Below are positions 1 through 11,901 of a stretch of DNA of 64,000 bases, piece after piece. The notes below the pieces were generated by a model that saw nothing but the letters and a program-made list of their open reading frames with translations, had not been told where the DNA came from and did not search any database. Positions within the stretch are counted from its first letter, which is position 1; every line of letters starts with the position of its first letter. Both the position numbers and the translations under genes were made by a program. The DNA is from Candidatus Bathyarchaeota archaeon (lineage in GTDB: Archaea > Thermoproteota > Bathyarchaeia > Bathyarchaeales > DTEX01), in contig CAVQNT010000003.1 in NCBI GenBank assembly GCA_963714275.1, forward strand, positions 32,001-96,000, written 5' to 3'.

Positions 1-72
1 AAACTTGGTGTCATAGAGCAAACCCATTTTGACAACATTAAAACACTCATGAAGAATTATCTAAATCTATAA
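1..72 (+). CDS. 3' end of a gene entering the window, possibly a PemK/MazF-type toxin C-terminus
   Basis: Frame 1 reads KLGVIEQTHFDNIKTLMKNYLNL*, which resembles the K-[IL]-G-x-[IL]...helix-L-x-L end of MazF/PemK proteins; only 23 aa are visible. Confidence 0.35.
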   Translation, partial: KLGVIEQTHFDNIKTLMKNYLNL

Positions 73-197
73 AGTCCAAGTTATTTAGAAAGCAAATTTG
101 TTATGGTGTCTTCAGCAGGTTAGAAGCGTTTTAGTCAGCTAACTAGTGAGCTTAACTTTATCTTCACAGACCGCTTATGTTTTAGTCTGTTAATGTC

Positions 198-348
198 TCA
201 TAAGCTGACGGATTTCGAGATGTTTGCTGCCATAATCTCCTCGTTGTTTGGCGTCTTCACGAAAGCTGGGACATTCCTCTGTTTCGTCGCCTTGTAAGAA
301 ACAAAAAGTCATTCACCAAGATCCAGACTCTGTTGTTTTATCAAGCAG
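198..348 (-). pseudogene. C-terminal stub of a HerA-like ATPase, a diverged homolog of 36395..38174
   Basis: Manual translation gives LLDKTTE[+1 nt]LDLGE*LFVSYKATKQRNVPAFVKTPNNEEIMAANISKSVSL*, versus the HerA tail LLDKTTELDIGEWLFVSYKATKQRNVPAFVKTPNNEELVTGNLLKTINL*. Confidence 0.9.
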
Positions 349-354
349 CCCGAC

Positions 355-1047
355 TTACTCTTCTATCATTTGGCAAAAATATACCCTATATCCCCTTTGC
401 TCAGATGGTGAGCTTATAAAAGAAGAGTTGTCTCGTTTTTTGTAGAAGTATAGTCCTAATGCAATTATGGTCAAGACAATTATAATGACTCCAAAGAACA
501 TGTATACAAAATACCACGGTATCGGGTCGATAATTGCGAAGGTTTCGATGCTATCCTCGAAGTTGGAAAGGAACTGCTGGTATCGAGCTGTGACAGCAGC
601 GTACGTTACAATATATATCCTCAGGTTCCTGACCATCATGACCATGTTAATCATGAGATCATACCCCCCTGTGGAGACAGCGGCAACAATCTCATAAGCG
701 TTGACACCATTGATGATCCTCTCGGACTCGGAAATGATAAAGGAACTGTTGAACATTGTTGGATACTGGTCCTTGATGGATGTAGCCAAATCTTCCAGTG
801 TTATATCAGACGAAGTGGTTTCAATATTGATCTGAATCAGTACAAGGCCTTCATCCTCCCATGTCGGCTCGAAGAAGGTTACCATAGCAGTTCCCGATGT
901 TGTCTCATTAATAGTCCATCCTGAAGGTTCCTCAATCGAAAAAAAGTTCGCATTACTTGTATAAGCATGCACGGAATCCACAGAAACATGTAACAAAAGA
1001 ATAATGACCGCAACCGTCAACGTTTTCTTTATACCTAGAACCATCAA
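355..1047 (-). CDS. Secreted, membrane-anchored PsbP/DcrB-like domain protein
   Basis: N-terminal signal peptide; FSIEEPSGW and IYIVTYAA...FEDSIETF pattern of the PsbP/Mog1 fold; C-terminal TM helix. Confidence 0.65.
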   Translation of the reverse strand: MMVLGIKKTLTVAVIILLLHVSVDSVHAYTSNANFFSIEEPSGWTINETTSGTAMVTFFEPTWEDEGLVLIQINIETTSSDITLEDLATSIKDQYPTMFNSSFIISESERIINGVNAYEIVAAVSTGGYDLMINMVMMVRNLRIYIVTYAAVTARYQQFLSNFEDSIETFAIIDPIPWYFVYMFFGVIIIVLTIIALGLYFYKKRDNSSFISSPSEQRGYRVYFCQMIEE

Positions 1048-1259
1048 ATAGCCTCATTTTCTGCATTATTCAAAAAGTGCTCTTAATAGCCTTTTGCATC
1101 ATTGTTCGAAAAAACAAAAAAACCACCAAAATGGTAACTTTTTAACATACAATGGTGACCATGTTTACAATGAAGGTAAGTATCTTAACTACAACAATCT
1201 TAATGAAAACCTAACCTAATAATGAATAGAGTATATTAATCCAAAAATAAGGAGGAAAA

Positions 1260-2634
1260 ATGATGAATAATCGAAGTAATATGTCTATTCAACTTCATCC
1301 CGATAATCTGCATTATTTCTTGTTTCGAGGCAAACCTACTATTCTCGTAACCTCAGGAGAGCACTATGGGGCGGTATTAAACCTCGATTTTGATTACACG
1401 TCGTATCTTAAAGAATTACATTCTAACGGACTTAACCACACACGTCTTTTTTCTGGCGTCTATCGTGAAGTTTCTGAGTCATTTGGTATTACGGATAATA
1501 CGCTAGCTCCATCACAAGACTGCTACATTTGCCCTTGGGTACGTAGTAGTGTATCAGGCTGCTACGATGGAGGAAATAAATTTAACTTAACCAAATGGAA
1601 TGAAGCATACTTTGAACGCTTAAGAGATTTTTTCACTCAAGCCAGCTATCTAGGCATTGTGGTGGAGATGAATCTTTTCTGTCCCTTCTATACTGAGGAA
1701 CTTTGGAACGTAAATCCTATGAACGCAACTAACAACATCAACAATGTTGGTGATTGTGATAGAACTGAGGTTTACACCCTTAAGCATAAAGACTTAACCA
1801 TGGTGCAGGAAGTCGTTACCCGAAAAATCGTTCAGGAACTCAAGGGCTTCGATAATCTTTACTACGAGGTTTGCAACGAGCCATATGCAAGCGTAGTGAC
1901 GACGGATTGGCAGCACAACATCGTCGACATAATAGTTGATGAAGAAAAGGAATTCGCAGCCAAACACCTGATTTCAATGAACATCGCTAATGGAAGGGCG
2001 AAAATTCAGAATCCTCACCCCGCAGTCTCTATTTTCAACTTCCATTACACCCACCCGCCTGACACAATCGAAATGAACTACAGAATAAACAAGGTCATAG
2101 GAGAAAATGAAACCGGCTTCCGTGGTAAAGAAGACGTACTTTACCGCACCGAAGGCTGGGACTTTCATCGCAGGCGGCGCACTTTACAATAACCTAGATT
2201 ACTCCTTCACCTGCAAACATCCAAAAGGAACATTATCAGAATATAACTCTCCCGGCGGAGGCAGCCCAAAACTGCGTCACCAACTAAAAATTCTGAAGGA
2301 CTTCATAAACAACTTCAATTTCATCAAGATGAAACCAGACAATAAGGTTATTAAAGGTGGATACGTCAGCAGTCCATTGTCTGGCACTCCAACTCAAGCT
2401 AACATTACAGCTCGTGTCTTAGTAGAAGCAGGTGAACAGTATGCGATCTACGTTAATGGTGGTACAAAGGTCGACGTAAAAATAAGCCTCCCTAAAGGTC
2501 ACTATTATGCGGAATGGGTAGACACGAAAACCGGAAGAATAGAGAAGACCGAAGAGTTTAACCATGCTAGCGGAAACAAAATACTTTTTTCGCCAGATTA
2601 TAAAGAGGATATAGCATTACGAATAATAACATAA
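1260..2634 (+). CDS. GH5-like (clan GH-A) glycoside hydrolase with a C-terminal collagen-binding-like beta domain; frameshift near 2165
   Basis: ORFs 1260..2192 and 2107..2634 join; CNEPY acid/base and ENETG nucleophile-like motifs. Confidence 0.7.
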
Positions 2635-2671
2635 AAAAAATAAGCTTGCTAGAGCGAATTAGCGCGCGCGC

Positions 2672-2761
2672 AAGAAGCCTCTGGACTCTTATGACACCGT
2701 ATTGAAAATGGAGCTAGATGGAAAACCTGAGACGGTCACTAACTTCCGACAAATACCTTAG
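2672..2761 (+). pseudogene. C-terminal stub resembling the tail of an alpha-L-fucosidase (GH29)
   Basis: Reads KKPLDSYDTVLKMELDGKPETVTNFRQIP*, matching the P-x-D-x-x-DTV-x-x-x-ELDG-x-P tail; no start, preceded by GCGCGCGCG. Confidence 0.55.
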
Positions 2762-2880
2762 ATGCCAAATTTTATTTTATATTACGATTTTCGCATAAAG
2801 GAGCTAATGGTAAACACATACACTGAAGGTATGCTAGTTAGCATAAGCTGGTGGTAGTGATTCGAGGAACCCGATTTTTC

Positions 2881-3856
2881 CTAATGTTGATAAATCTCAA
2901 GATTTAACCAGGCGCGTTCACTTTCTGTTAAAGAATGGTTAAACGCTTTGATATTATCCTCCAACTCTTGACGGTTTGCTGCGCCAACTATGGGAAACAC
3001 GTTCAACTTAGAACCAAGGATGTAGGCAAGCACAAGTTGAGGGACACTTATCCCCTTTTCTTTAGAGAGAAGTAACGTTCGTTCTAGTCTCCTGAAGTTT
3101 TGTTCATGACAATATGCCTTAAGACATGCCTCATCCAGTGTCGATTTTTGCTCCTCGAAATTGTCAGGAGTAATTCGTCCTGAAAAAAGACCACGAGCAA
3201 GACTTGAGTATGCTAAAATTGGCATCTGATTCGCTATGTACCACTCTTGTGCCTTAAGGTTCATAGGACCACTTATACTCACACAACCTCCTCCCCAAGG
3301 ATCCTCTACCTGTTCAGCCAAACTATAATTAGGGCTACTAGCAACAAAAGGGGTTAAACCATGCTTTCTAGCATATTTGTTTGCTTCAATAATGCGTTGG
3401 TGTGTCCAGTTTGATCCACCAAAGGCATGAATTATGCCCGCTTGTAAATGTTCATTCAGTATTTCCACGATCGGACCCACTGAAACTGCTGGGTCATCTC
3501 GATGAAGCATATACAAGTCAATGTAGTCAGTCTTTAACCGAGCTAGTGAGTCGTATAGGTCAGAGGTTAAGTCAAAGGGGGTCACACGTGAACGATCAGC
3601 ATTAGGATGGCATCCTTTAGAAATAATAACAACCTTGTCTCGATTTCCGCGCTTTTGCATCCACTGACCTAATCCACGTTCGCTATCACCTCCAGCATAT
3701 ACATGTGCAGTATCGAAAGCCTGTATAGCCTAACTCAAAAGCAGCATCAAGAAGCTCAAAACTCCGTCCAAGGTCTCGTACTGATATGATCATTGTTCCT
3801 AAGACTAGCCGTGAAACAGGCTTAGTAACACCAGAGATAGTTCCATTCATCAACAT
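2881..3856 (-). CDS. Aldo/keto reductase; frameshift near 3720
   Basis: N-terminus read manually as MLMNGTISGVTKPVSRLVLGTM...FDTAHVY joins ORF 2881..3660 (DYIDLYMLHRDD). Confidence 0.85.
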
Positions 3857-4845
3857 GTGTAATCCACTTTTTTCTCCATTGGGTAGGTTAACCCAATCAA
3901 AGCACGCACATGATCCATAGTCTGTACAATAGCGAGTGATTCGTCCAAAGGCATCCTCGAACTTTCAGTTTTCCCAGCTTTTAGACAAGACATAACTTCA
4001 GCTGCCTCAAAGTGGTATCCTGCTTCTCCCAAATTTTTCACCGGATCCTTACCTTCTATTTCTAAAACCGCAGAAGTAGTATGCCAGAAGCCTGGAATGT
4101 GAATAGAACCTAAAGTTCCTAAGATTCTTGCTTCCTGAGGAGTGTTTGTCCGTATTGAGCAGAATAATAATGCTAATGCTCCATCATCATAACGTAATAA
4201 CATAGCAGTCTGTTCATCTACGCCAGTCTCTCCGATATATGCATCAGCCATTACCTGCCTTGGAGAAGCATCATAGACCATGTAAGTAAGGGCAACCGTA
4301 TAAACTCCGACATCTAAAAGCGCCCCACCAGCTAGATTCGGATTTAACAATCGGTCTTGAGGATTCCATCCTGTTCGGAATCCAAAGTCGGATAATAATA
4401 TACGTACATCACCAATGGTCTTCTTCCTTAACCAATCTTTAACCTGTTGTATTACGGGAAGAAAACGGGTCCACATACCTTCCATAAGGAACAATTTTTT
4501 CTTCCGGGCCAATTCCACCATTTCACGTAATTGCCCTTCATTCATAGCCATCGGTTTCTCACAGAGAACCGCCTTATTGTTTTGTAAACATAATAATGTA
4601 TGTTCCTTGTGAAAGGTATGAGGAGTGGCTACATAAATAACATCAACATCGGGATCTGTTACTAATTTATCATAATTACCGTATGACCGTGCTATACCGA
4701 ATGTCTGGGCAAATTTATTAGCCCTTGCTTTAGAACGAGAGCCAACTGCAAGAAGATTGGCTTCCGGAAGGTTTACTAAATCAGTCGCGAATTTTGTAGC
4801 GATTCGACCAGGACCGAGGATTCCCCAGTTGATTATGCTTTTCAT
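3850..4845 (-). CDS. Gfo/Idh/MocA family oxidoreductase (D-xylose 1-dehydrogenase/dihydrodiol dehydrogenase-like)
   Basis: WGILGPGRIA, VLCEKP and GGALLDVGVY motifs. Confidence 0.9.
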   Translation of the reverse strand: MKSIINWGILGPGRIATKFATDLVNLPEANLLAVGSRSKARANKFAQTFGIARSYGNYDKLVTDPDVDVIYVATPHTFHKEHTLLCLQNNKAVLCEKPMAMNEGQLREMVELARKKKLFLMEGMWTRFLPVIQQVKDWLRKKTIGDVRILLSDFGFRTGWNPQDRLLNPNLAGGALLDVGVYTVALTYMVYDASPRQVMADAYIGETGVDEQTAMLLRYDDGALALLFCSIRTNTPQEARILGTLGSIHIPGFWHTTSAVLEIEGKDPVKNLGEAGYHFEAAEVMSCLKAGKTESSRMPLDESLAIVQTMDHVRALIGLTYPMEKKVDYTC

Positions 4846-5209
4846 TACATCCCATATTTTTCACTTAATCTATTTATAGGCAATCGTAGAAAGAGTCGAT
4901 TTAATTATCGAGGGTGTTCTATAAATCTGCGTAAAAACTTTGGTATTGAAGACTTGAACTTGGAGACTTAAACTTTAAACCACGTATAATGTTTATTATC
5001 GCCAGCAATTAGGAGGTAAAACATCAATATTTAGGGTTGTAAGAAAAATTTTGTTATGTTTAAATTTTTTTCAGAAATAGAAGAAGAATTTAAATCGTAA
5101 AGTACATTTCTAATCAGATTTCGAATAAAAAAATGTTTTGGAGAAACTGAAAAGATAAGCTTCCTCAGACTTCTGAGAATTACATAACCTTCAGTTAAGA
5201 AGAAGAACG

Positions 5210-5298
5210 GAGAAGACCGAAGAGTTTAACCATACAGGTGGAAATAAACACTTGTTTCTCCAGATTATGAAGAGGACATAGCGTTACGATTAACTAGC
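5210..5298 (+). pseudogene. C-terminal stub of a homolog of the GH5-like gene at 1260..2634
   Basis: 24 nt are identical to 2542..2565 (GAGAAGACCGAAGAGTTTAACCAT); reads EKTEEFNHTGGNK/TLVSPDYEEDIALRLTS versus EKTEEFNHASGNKILFSPDYKEDIALRIIT. Confidence 0.9.
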
Positions 5299-5382
5299 TT
5301 TTTCTGTGGTCATCATTTCTATTCAATGAGTTGAAAAGTTTTAAATTTACTTACATTTATCTTCTAGGCTAGGTTTAGCGAA

Positions 5383-6499
5383 ATGTGGGATTTAAGGTAT
5401 CAAAAACAGAGAAGAACAAAAGAGGAACTCATTAAACATCTAAACGAGTTTAACCTTGACCTTAAATTTAGTGTTGGAATTTGGTACTTTAGCTCTATGG
5501 GAAGTAGGTTTCATGAACCTTACGGAGATCCAAAAAATGTCGAAGAAAGGCTAGATATAATTAAGGAAACAGCAGAATATGGAGTCAAGGCTGTAGAGGC
5601 ACATTATCCCAGTGAAGTCAACGAGGAGAATCTTCATCAATATAAGCAACTGGAAAAAGAAACTGGGATCAAACTCGTCAACGTTGGACCTTTTGCTTTT
5701 TACAGCAGAGATTTTGAATTTGGTTCCCTTTCTAACCCTTCTGAAAAACGTCGTAGAAAGGCTCAGGAGATGCTTGTTGGCTGTTTGAGGCTTGTAAAAG
5801 ACTCCGGTGCCACTCACTGCGGTATATGGCCTGGCATCGATGGATACACTTACTCTTTTGGAACAGTTTTTTACCAGATGTGGGATTTTTTTGAAAGGGC
5901 ATTAGCTGAAGTTATGGATCAAGTTCCCGGAGTCACGGTGGCTATTGAAACCAAGCCTTATGAACCTGTGCCAAACAACATTTACAGAAATACGTCGGAT
6001 GGAATTATAGCAGTCTAGAGATATTGAAACTAGATTGAAATCGAAGACTAACCAGGACCTTCTTGAGAAAGGATACGCCTTAGTTGGGCTTCAACCTGAA
6101 ATAGGTCACATACTTATGGGTTTTGAGGATGCTGCTTATGCTTTTAGTAGAATAGCGAGAGAAGGAAGGTTGGTTCATACTCACTGGAACAGCCAACCGT
6201 CGGGCAATTATGATCAAGATCTGAATGTTGGAGTCCTAGGATGGGAGCAAGCTGAGGCAGCTTTGTATGCTTTGAAGGCAATAGGTTATCGTGGTTACTT
6301 TGGAATAGACATTAACCCGGAAAGAATGCCGCCGTTGAAAGCCATCGAGATTAACACCAAGGTGCTTAGGATAATGAACGAAAGAATCAACAATCTTCCT
6401 CACGAAGAAATTGTCGAATGCTACTATGATCCAGAAAGACATAGAGGAGATTTGGAATTAATATTAGCTGGAGCAAAAAAGAAAGGGGCAAAAAATTAA
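5383..6499 (+). CDS. xylA: Xylose isomerase-like TIM-barrel sugar isomerase; frameshift near 6015
   Basis: FSVGIW, WPGIDG, IETKPYEP, PEIGH and YDQD metal-ligand motifs; directly upstream of xylulokinase. Confidence 0.75.
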
Positions 6500-6579
6500 A
6501 TTAAAACTTACGGGTTTCCTAGAATTGAACATCTCGTGATGTTGAATATTTAAATATAGAAAACTTTCACAATTTTATA

Positions 6580-8105
6580 TTGAAAGAAATGGTTCAGTTA
6601 ATGGGAATTGATGTAGGTACATCAAGCACTAAAGTTTTAGTTGTCAACGAGAACGGAAATGTTAATGCTAATGCTTCCTGTGACTATCCTATTTCAAATC
6701 CCTCTCCAGACTGGGCTGAACAAGACCCAGAATGGTGGTGGAACGCTGTTAGAATTGGAGTTAAGAAAATTTCGAGTCTTTCCAAAGTTAAATTATCCAA
6801 TATTTCAGCTATCGGTCTTACAGGACAGATGCATGGAACTGTCTTGCTTGGAAGAGACCTCAAACCACTAAGACAATCCATAATTTGGGCGGATAAAAGA
6901 AGCATCCCTCAATGCAAGGAAATCTATGAAAGAATTGGCAAGAAAGAGATTCAAAAAACACTGTGTAACCCGATTATGCCAGGATTTATGGCTGCTTCTT
7001 TGCTTTGGATAAAGGAAAATGAACCTTCAATCTTCAAAAAGGCTTTCAAAGTTCTCCCGCCTAAAGATTATATTAGGTTCAGACTAACAGATTCCTGTAT
7101 TACGGATGTCTCTGATGCTTCAGCAACGCTTCTTTTTGATATAAAAAGAAGGAAATGGGCAAGTCAGATACTTTCAACACTTGGATTTTCGTCGGAGTTA
7201 TTTCCTGAATTCTTTGAATCTGTCAATGTAACCGGCGAAGTATCAGCTGACGCCTCCAACGAAACTGGTTTACCTAAGGGACTCCCAGTCATAGCTGGAG
7301 GAGGAGACTCTCCAGTTGGAGCAGTGGGTTGTGGAGCCATAAAAGAAGGCATAGTCTCTTCAAACATAGGCACTGGAGGACAGATTTTCACCACGCTAAA
7401 TAAGCCTGAAGCTGATCCGTTAAGTCGGATTCATACTTTCTGTCACGCTGTTCCGGGGAAATGGCATCTTCAAGGAGCAATTTTGGCAGCTGGCTTATCA
7501 TTAAGATGGTTTAAAGAAAATCTTGGTCAAATGGAACAGACCTTGGGAAATCTCTGTAACACTGATCCCTACAATCTACTTTCCAAAGAAGCTGAATTAG
7601 CAGAGCCTGGTTGTAAGGGTTTGATTTTTGTTCCTTATCTCCTTGGGGAACGTTCACCTCACATGGATCCTAACGCAAGAGGCGTTTTGTATGGTTTAAG
7701 TTTGGAACATAAAAGGTCGCACTTGGTTAGGTCAGTCATGGAAGGTGTTGTTTATGCTCTCAGGGATTCATTGGAAATCTTCAGGGAATTGGGAGTTAAA
7801 GCTGAAAAGGTTATCGCTCGAGGAGGCGGAGTGAGGAGCTCATTATGGAGGCAGATCCAGACTGATATCTTCAATATGGAAGTGATTTCTACGAATGTCA
7901 AGGAGGAAGTCGCTTATGGAGTGCGCTTCTTGCCGGAGTCGGTGTCGGCATTTATGATGATTTAGAAAAGGCATGCCAAGAAACTATTCGTACTTCTAAC
8001 AAAGAGATGCCAAATTCTAAAAGAACAAAAGTTTATGATGAATATTACAAGATTTATACTAGATTGTATTCCGCGTTAAAAAACATCAATACTATTCTAA
8101 TGTAA
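6580..8105 (+). CDS. xylB: Xylulokinase (FGGY family); frameshift near 7920
   Basis: GIDVGTSSTK, TGQMHG and PYLLGERSPH motifs; C-terminus ALLAGVGVGIY...ILM* continues in another frame to 8105. Confidence 0.9.
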
Positions 8106-8271
8106 GAAGTCTTTTGGATAGTTTTCAATATCCTATAATTTTTATTAAAGACATTTCATCCTCTCGATGTTTTACCGAGATTTAAGGTAATAAAAGTCTC
8201 TTATGAAAAAATAAATTGGATAAACAATAATTTTAAAATTGTGAATACTGAACATATTGAGAAAGAAGAAA

Positions 8272-9308
8272 ATGAATAGTCGAGAACGTGTGATAAAGGC
8301 TGTAGAATTTAAGGGACCAGACCGTGTGCCTAACGGTTGCTATTGGCTACCAGGAGCCTTTAATAAGTATGATGGAGAGTTGGAGAACCTGTTTCTCCGC
8401 TACCCAAAAGACTTTCACCAATTCGTAGTAGCTTCTCAAGATCGTGGCTACCCTATCAAGAGGGCATTAACAAAGATATCTGGGGATGTGTCTGGAAAAA
8501 CATTAAACCAGGAATTCTTGGACGCATCATTGAACATCCATTATCTGACTGGAAAAATCTAGAAAATTGTAAGCTGCCTGACCCTTCTGGACTCATCAAC
8601 TTCAACGAGACTAATAAAAAATATACGTCTAAATAAACACGAACGCTACATTTTAGGAGACTCAGAAAACTTCTTTGAACGGCTACATTGGTTACGCGGT
8701 TACGAAAAAACATTAATAGACATAACGACAGGCAGTAAAGAATTCAAAAAGTTAATTGACGCCATGTTCAATTTAAAGGTCAATTTCATTAAACGTTGGT
8801 TTGAGCTCTGACATTGATGGTCTCTACTTCTCAGACGAAAGGGGAACCATGCAAGGGCTAATGATAAATCCGAAACTTTGGCGCGCATACTTCAAGCCTT
8901 GCTACCAAAAAATGTTCGACATTGTACATAAGGCTGGAAAACACGTATTCTTTCACAGCGACGGAAAAGTCATAGACATCATACCAGACTTCATTGAAAT
9001 GGGGGTTGACGCAATAAATGTCCAAGTGAACCTCATAGGCATCGACAAAATAAGCAAAGAATTCGGCGGAAAAATTTGCATTCTCGCTGATGTTGACCGA
9101 CAATTTATTCTTCCATTCAGTACAGTGGATGGAGTAAGGGATCACATAAAAAACATAATTCAATCTTTAGCACATTTCAATGGCGGATTAATAGCATGGG
9201 GAGAAATAGGACCAGATGTCCCATTATCAAACGCAGAAGCTTATGCTACAGGCATTTGCAGAATATGGGAAATATGAAAAAGCACAACAACATAATTTCA
9301 TCAAATAA
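8272..9308 (+). CDS. Uroporphyrinogen decarboxylase/MtaA-CmuA family protein, with several frameshifts (may be a pseudogene)
   Basis: MNSRERV...PDRVP start, FFERLHWLRG, FFHSDG and DRQFILPF motifs spread over several frames. Confidence 0.75.
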
Positions 9309-9315
9309 ATTTGGT

Positions 9316-10673
9316 TTAATAGAAAGTTTTGTCCTGAATACGCCTTAGCTTCAAAAGAAAGGAATCCTCGTTCAATTCAACATCATCATAAGTCAGTACG
9401 CCATCTGATGGAACCTTTTTCGCCACATGAATGTTTTCAGCTAATCCGAGTGGCAGAAGATTTTCATTCCTGGCAACATCCGCTTTTTCTGCAAGTCCAT
9501 ACAATGTGTATCCTCCTCCGCCGTCTAAAAGGTCTCCAGGTTTTAGAGATCTCTTTGTTGCAGCTGAAAACCTCAGCTGAAGGCACAGTTGGTAGCGGAC
9601 AACCTGTAGGCTCATTATATAAAACGGCTCGAATCAGCGAGATTGAGGCTTCAAGACCTGCCCAATGATATGGGCGATAAACCAGCGCGTTTTTGCCTTT
9701 TCCGCCTCTTGGCGACTCATACGTTTTAAAGAGTCCTCTTACGTCTCTGCTGTCGCTGGTGACTACAACAAAGACTCCCCATCGGATATCGTTTTTGACC
9801 TGCGTTCCGTCCGGTCGAACACGGGTGATAACATCGATGACACCCTCGTCTTCTAGAATGCCGCCATCTTTTTTCAAGCTGAAGAAGCTTAGGTACATCC
9901 TTTATTGAGCCCAGCGGAAAATGCATACCCCTAATATCTGGCTTAAGCCCTGTTGCGTTGCAGACTGCAACCATCTCCACAGCACACTTAGTCGTGTCGA
10001 TAAAGGAATTATACATTTTAGGGTTCAGTTTCAAACGGTCAATCTCTTCTTGCGTGAACCCGAACCTTTGCAATGAGTCGGCGGGGGTCCCATGTCTCCA
10101 TTCAAGCCTTGCTGCTGTTCCTTCACCTGCAGCCACTACCTTGAACCCTGAGGAAACAGCCCAGTTGTAGAGTTCGCATATTAGAGCTGGCTGGTCTCCA
10201 TAGGCTTGGCTGTAGACGACACCTTGCTCTTTCGCTATTTTAGACAATATGGGTCCAACAACGCATTCGGCTTCCACAGTAGCCATCACAATGTTCTTTC
10301 CACTGTTTATCGCGTCATAAGCATGTTTTGCCGCAACTTCTGGCACACCCGTTGACTCAAGGATGACATCCACATCGCTTTTTATTAGCACATCACTCTT
10401 TTTTGTTATAACAGGAATCTTCTTCTCTATGTGATGGTTTGCTGAGTCAACATCGTTTACTTTTATTATTTCCCGAGGCTTTCGATGGGCAAACCTTACG
10501 AATCCACGAGTTGCCTTATCTTCGTCGATGTCGGCTATGATAGAAACTGTCATTCCCGGAATTCTGGAAACTTGCCCTATTGTTGAACAACCGAAGAATC
10601 CCGCGCCAATTACGCCTACCTTGATAGGAGTGCCACTTTTTTCAAGGTCAATTAGCTTATACCTCATAATCAT
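9316..10673 (-). CDS. NAD(P)-dependent oxidoreductase, homoserine dehydrogenase-like, with a C-terminal SAF domain; two frameshifts
   Basis: GVIGAGFFG, GDQPA, YRPYHW and SAF motifs (LDGGGGY, LLPLGLA, LTYDDV). Confidence 0.8.
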
Positions 10674-10728
10674 ACACTTAAGTAAAATATTTGAACACTC
10701 AAGAAATAAGGATTTAAAATGTTAGGTC

Positions 10729-11767
10729 GTGACACTGATGAAGGTTTTAGTTATTGGCGGTACGGGTCTAATCAGCGCAGCTGTTACTCGTTTTCTTGTT
10801 GAACATGGTGATGATGTGACTATTTATAACCGAGGGAAAAGAGTTGCAGAAGTTCCCAGCAATGTAAAGAGGGTTGTGGGTGACCGTCAAAATTACCCAT
10901 TTTTTAAAAGCCAAATAGTGAAAATGGGAAATTTTGATTGCGTCATTGACATGATCTGTTTTTTGCCTGAGGAAGCTGAAAATGCAGTCCGCATATTTAA
11001 GGGTCGAACTAAACAATACATTTTCTGTAGCACTGTAGACGTATACACTAAACCAGGTAAACAATATCCCGTAACTGAGGATGCTGAAAAGAAACCTCAA
11101 ACAACTTTTTCTTATGCCTTTAACAAGGCTGCGTGTGAAAGAATCCTTTTTGATGCAGATCGCAACAAACATTTTTCTTTGACTGTCATTAGACCAGCCT
11201 ACACTTATGGTGAAGGGGCAGGAATTCTACACACTTTTGGGTGGGGAACATATTTTCTCGACCGCATACGCAAGGGAAAATCTGTCATCGTACATGGTGA
11301 CGGAACCTCTTTTTGGGTAGCCTGCCATCGGGATGATGTGGCTCGAGCGTTTGTTGGGGCAGTGGGCAACGAAAGTGCATTTGGGAAGTCTTATCACGTG
11401 ACTGGCGAAGAATGGATGACGTGGAACAGTTATCATCAAAAGGTTGCTGAAGCCTTGAATGCACCGCTACCTATACTTGTTCATATTCCTACTGATTTTC
11501 TGCGAAAAATTGCGCCAAAACAGGCTGAATTGTGTGCAGAGAACTTTATGTTCAACAACATCTTCGACAACAAAGCAGTCGAAGTCTGACTTAAGCTTTA
11601 GATATACTGTTCCTTGGGTTGAAGGAGTCAGGCGAGTTGTAAGTTGGTTGGAGAACCATGGAGGATTAGAAAACAGCGACGACTTCCTGTTTTATGACCA
11701 AATTTTAGAAGCTTGGCAACGACTCAGTGAAAACATGAAGACCCAGTTGTCAGGCATAATTCTTTAG
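10729..11767 (+). CDS. NAD-dependent epimerase/dehydratase; frameshift near 11580
   Basis: GGTGLIS, STVDVY and YxxxK (YAFNK) motifs. Confidence 0.85.
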
Positions 11768-11901
11768 CCCAATTAATAATCATTTTTGCATAATACTCTA
11801 GAGGCAAATGGAAAACATGGCTTCCTATTTGCCTTCTATTTAATAAACCATTTATAGTAAAAGGAAAACAAAATCTTTCTAATTGTAAACACACTCTGAT
11901 T

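Noticed and set aside
248-445. 65-aa plus-strand ORF and the many other short ORFs antisense to real genes
   Set aside because: These are shadow ORFs; this one overlaps the herA stub and the PsbP-like gene on the opposite strand.
11801-11836. Imperfect hairpin AGGCAAATGGAA...TTCCTATTTGCCT
   Set aside because: A single weak stem; possibly a terminator, but unsupported.
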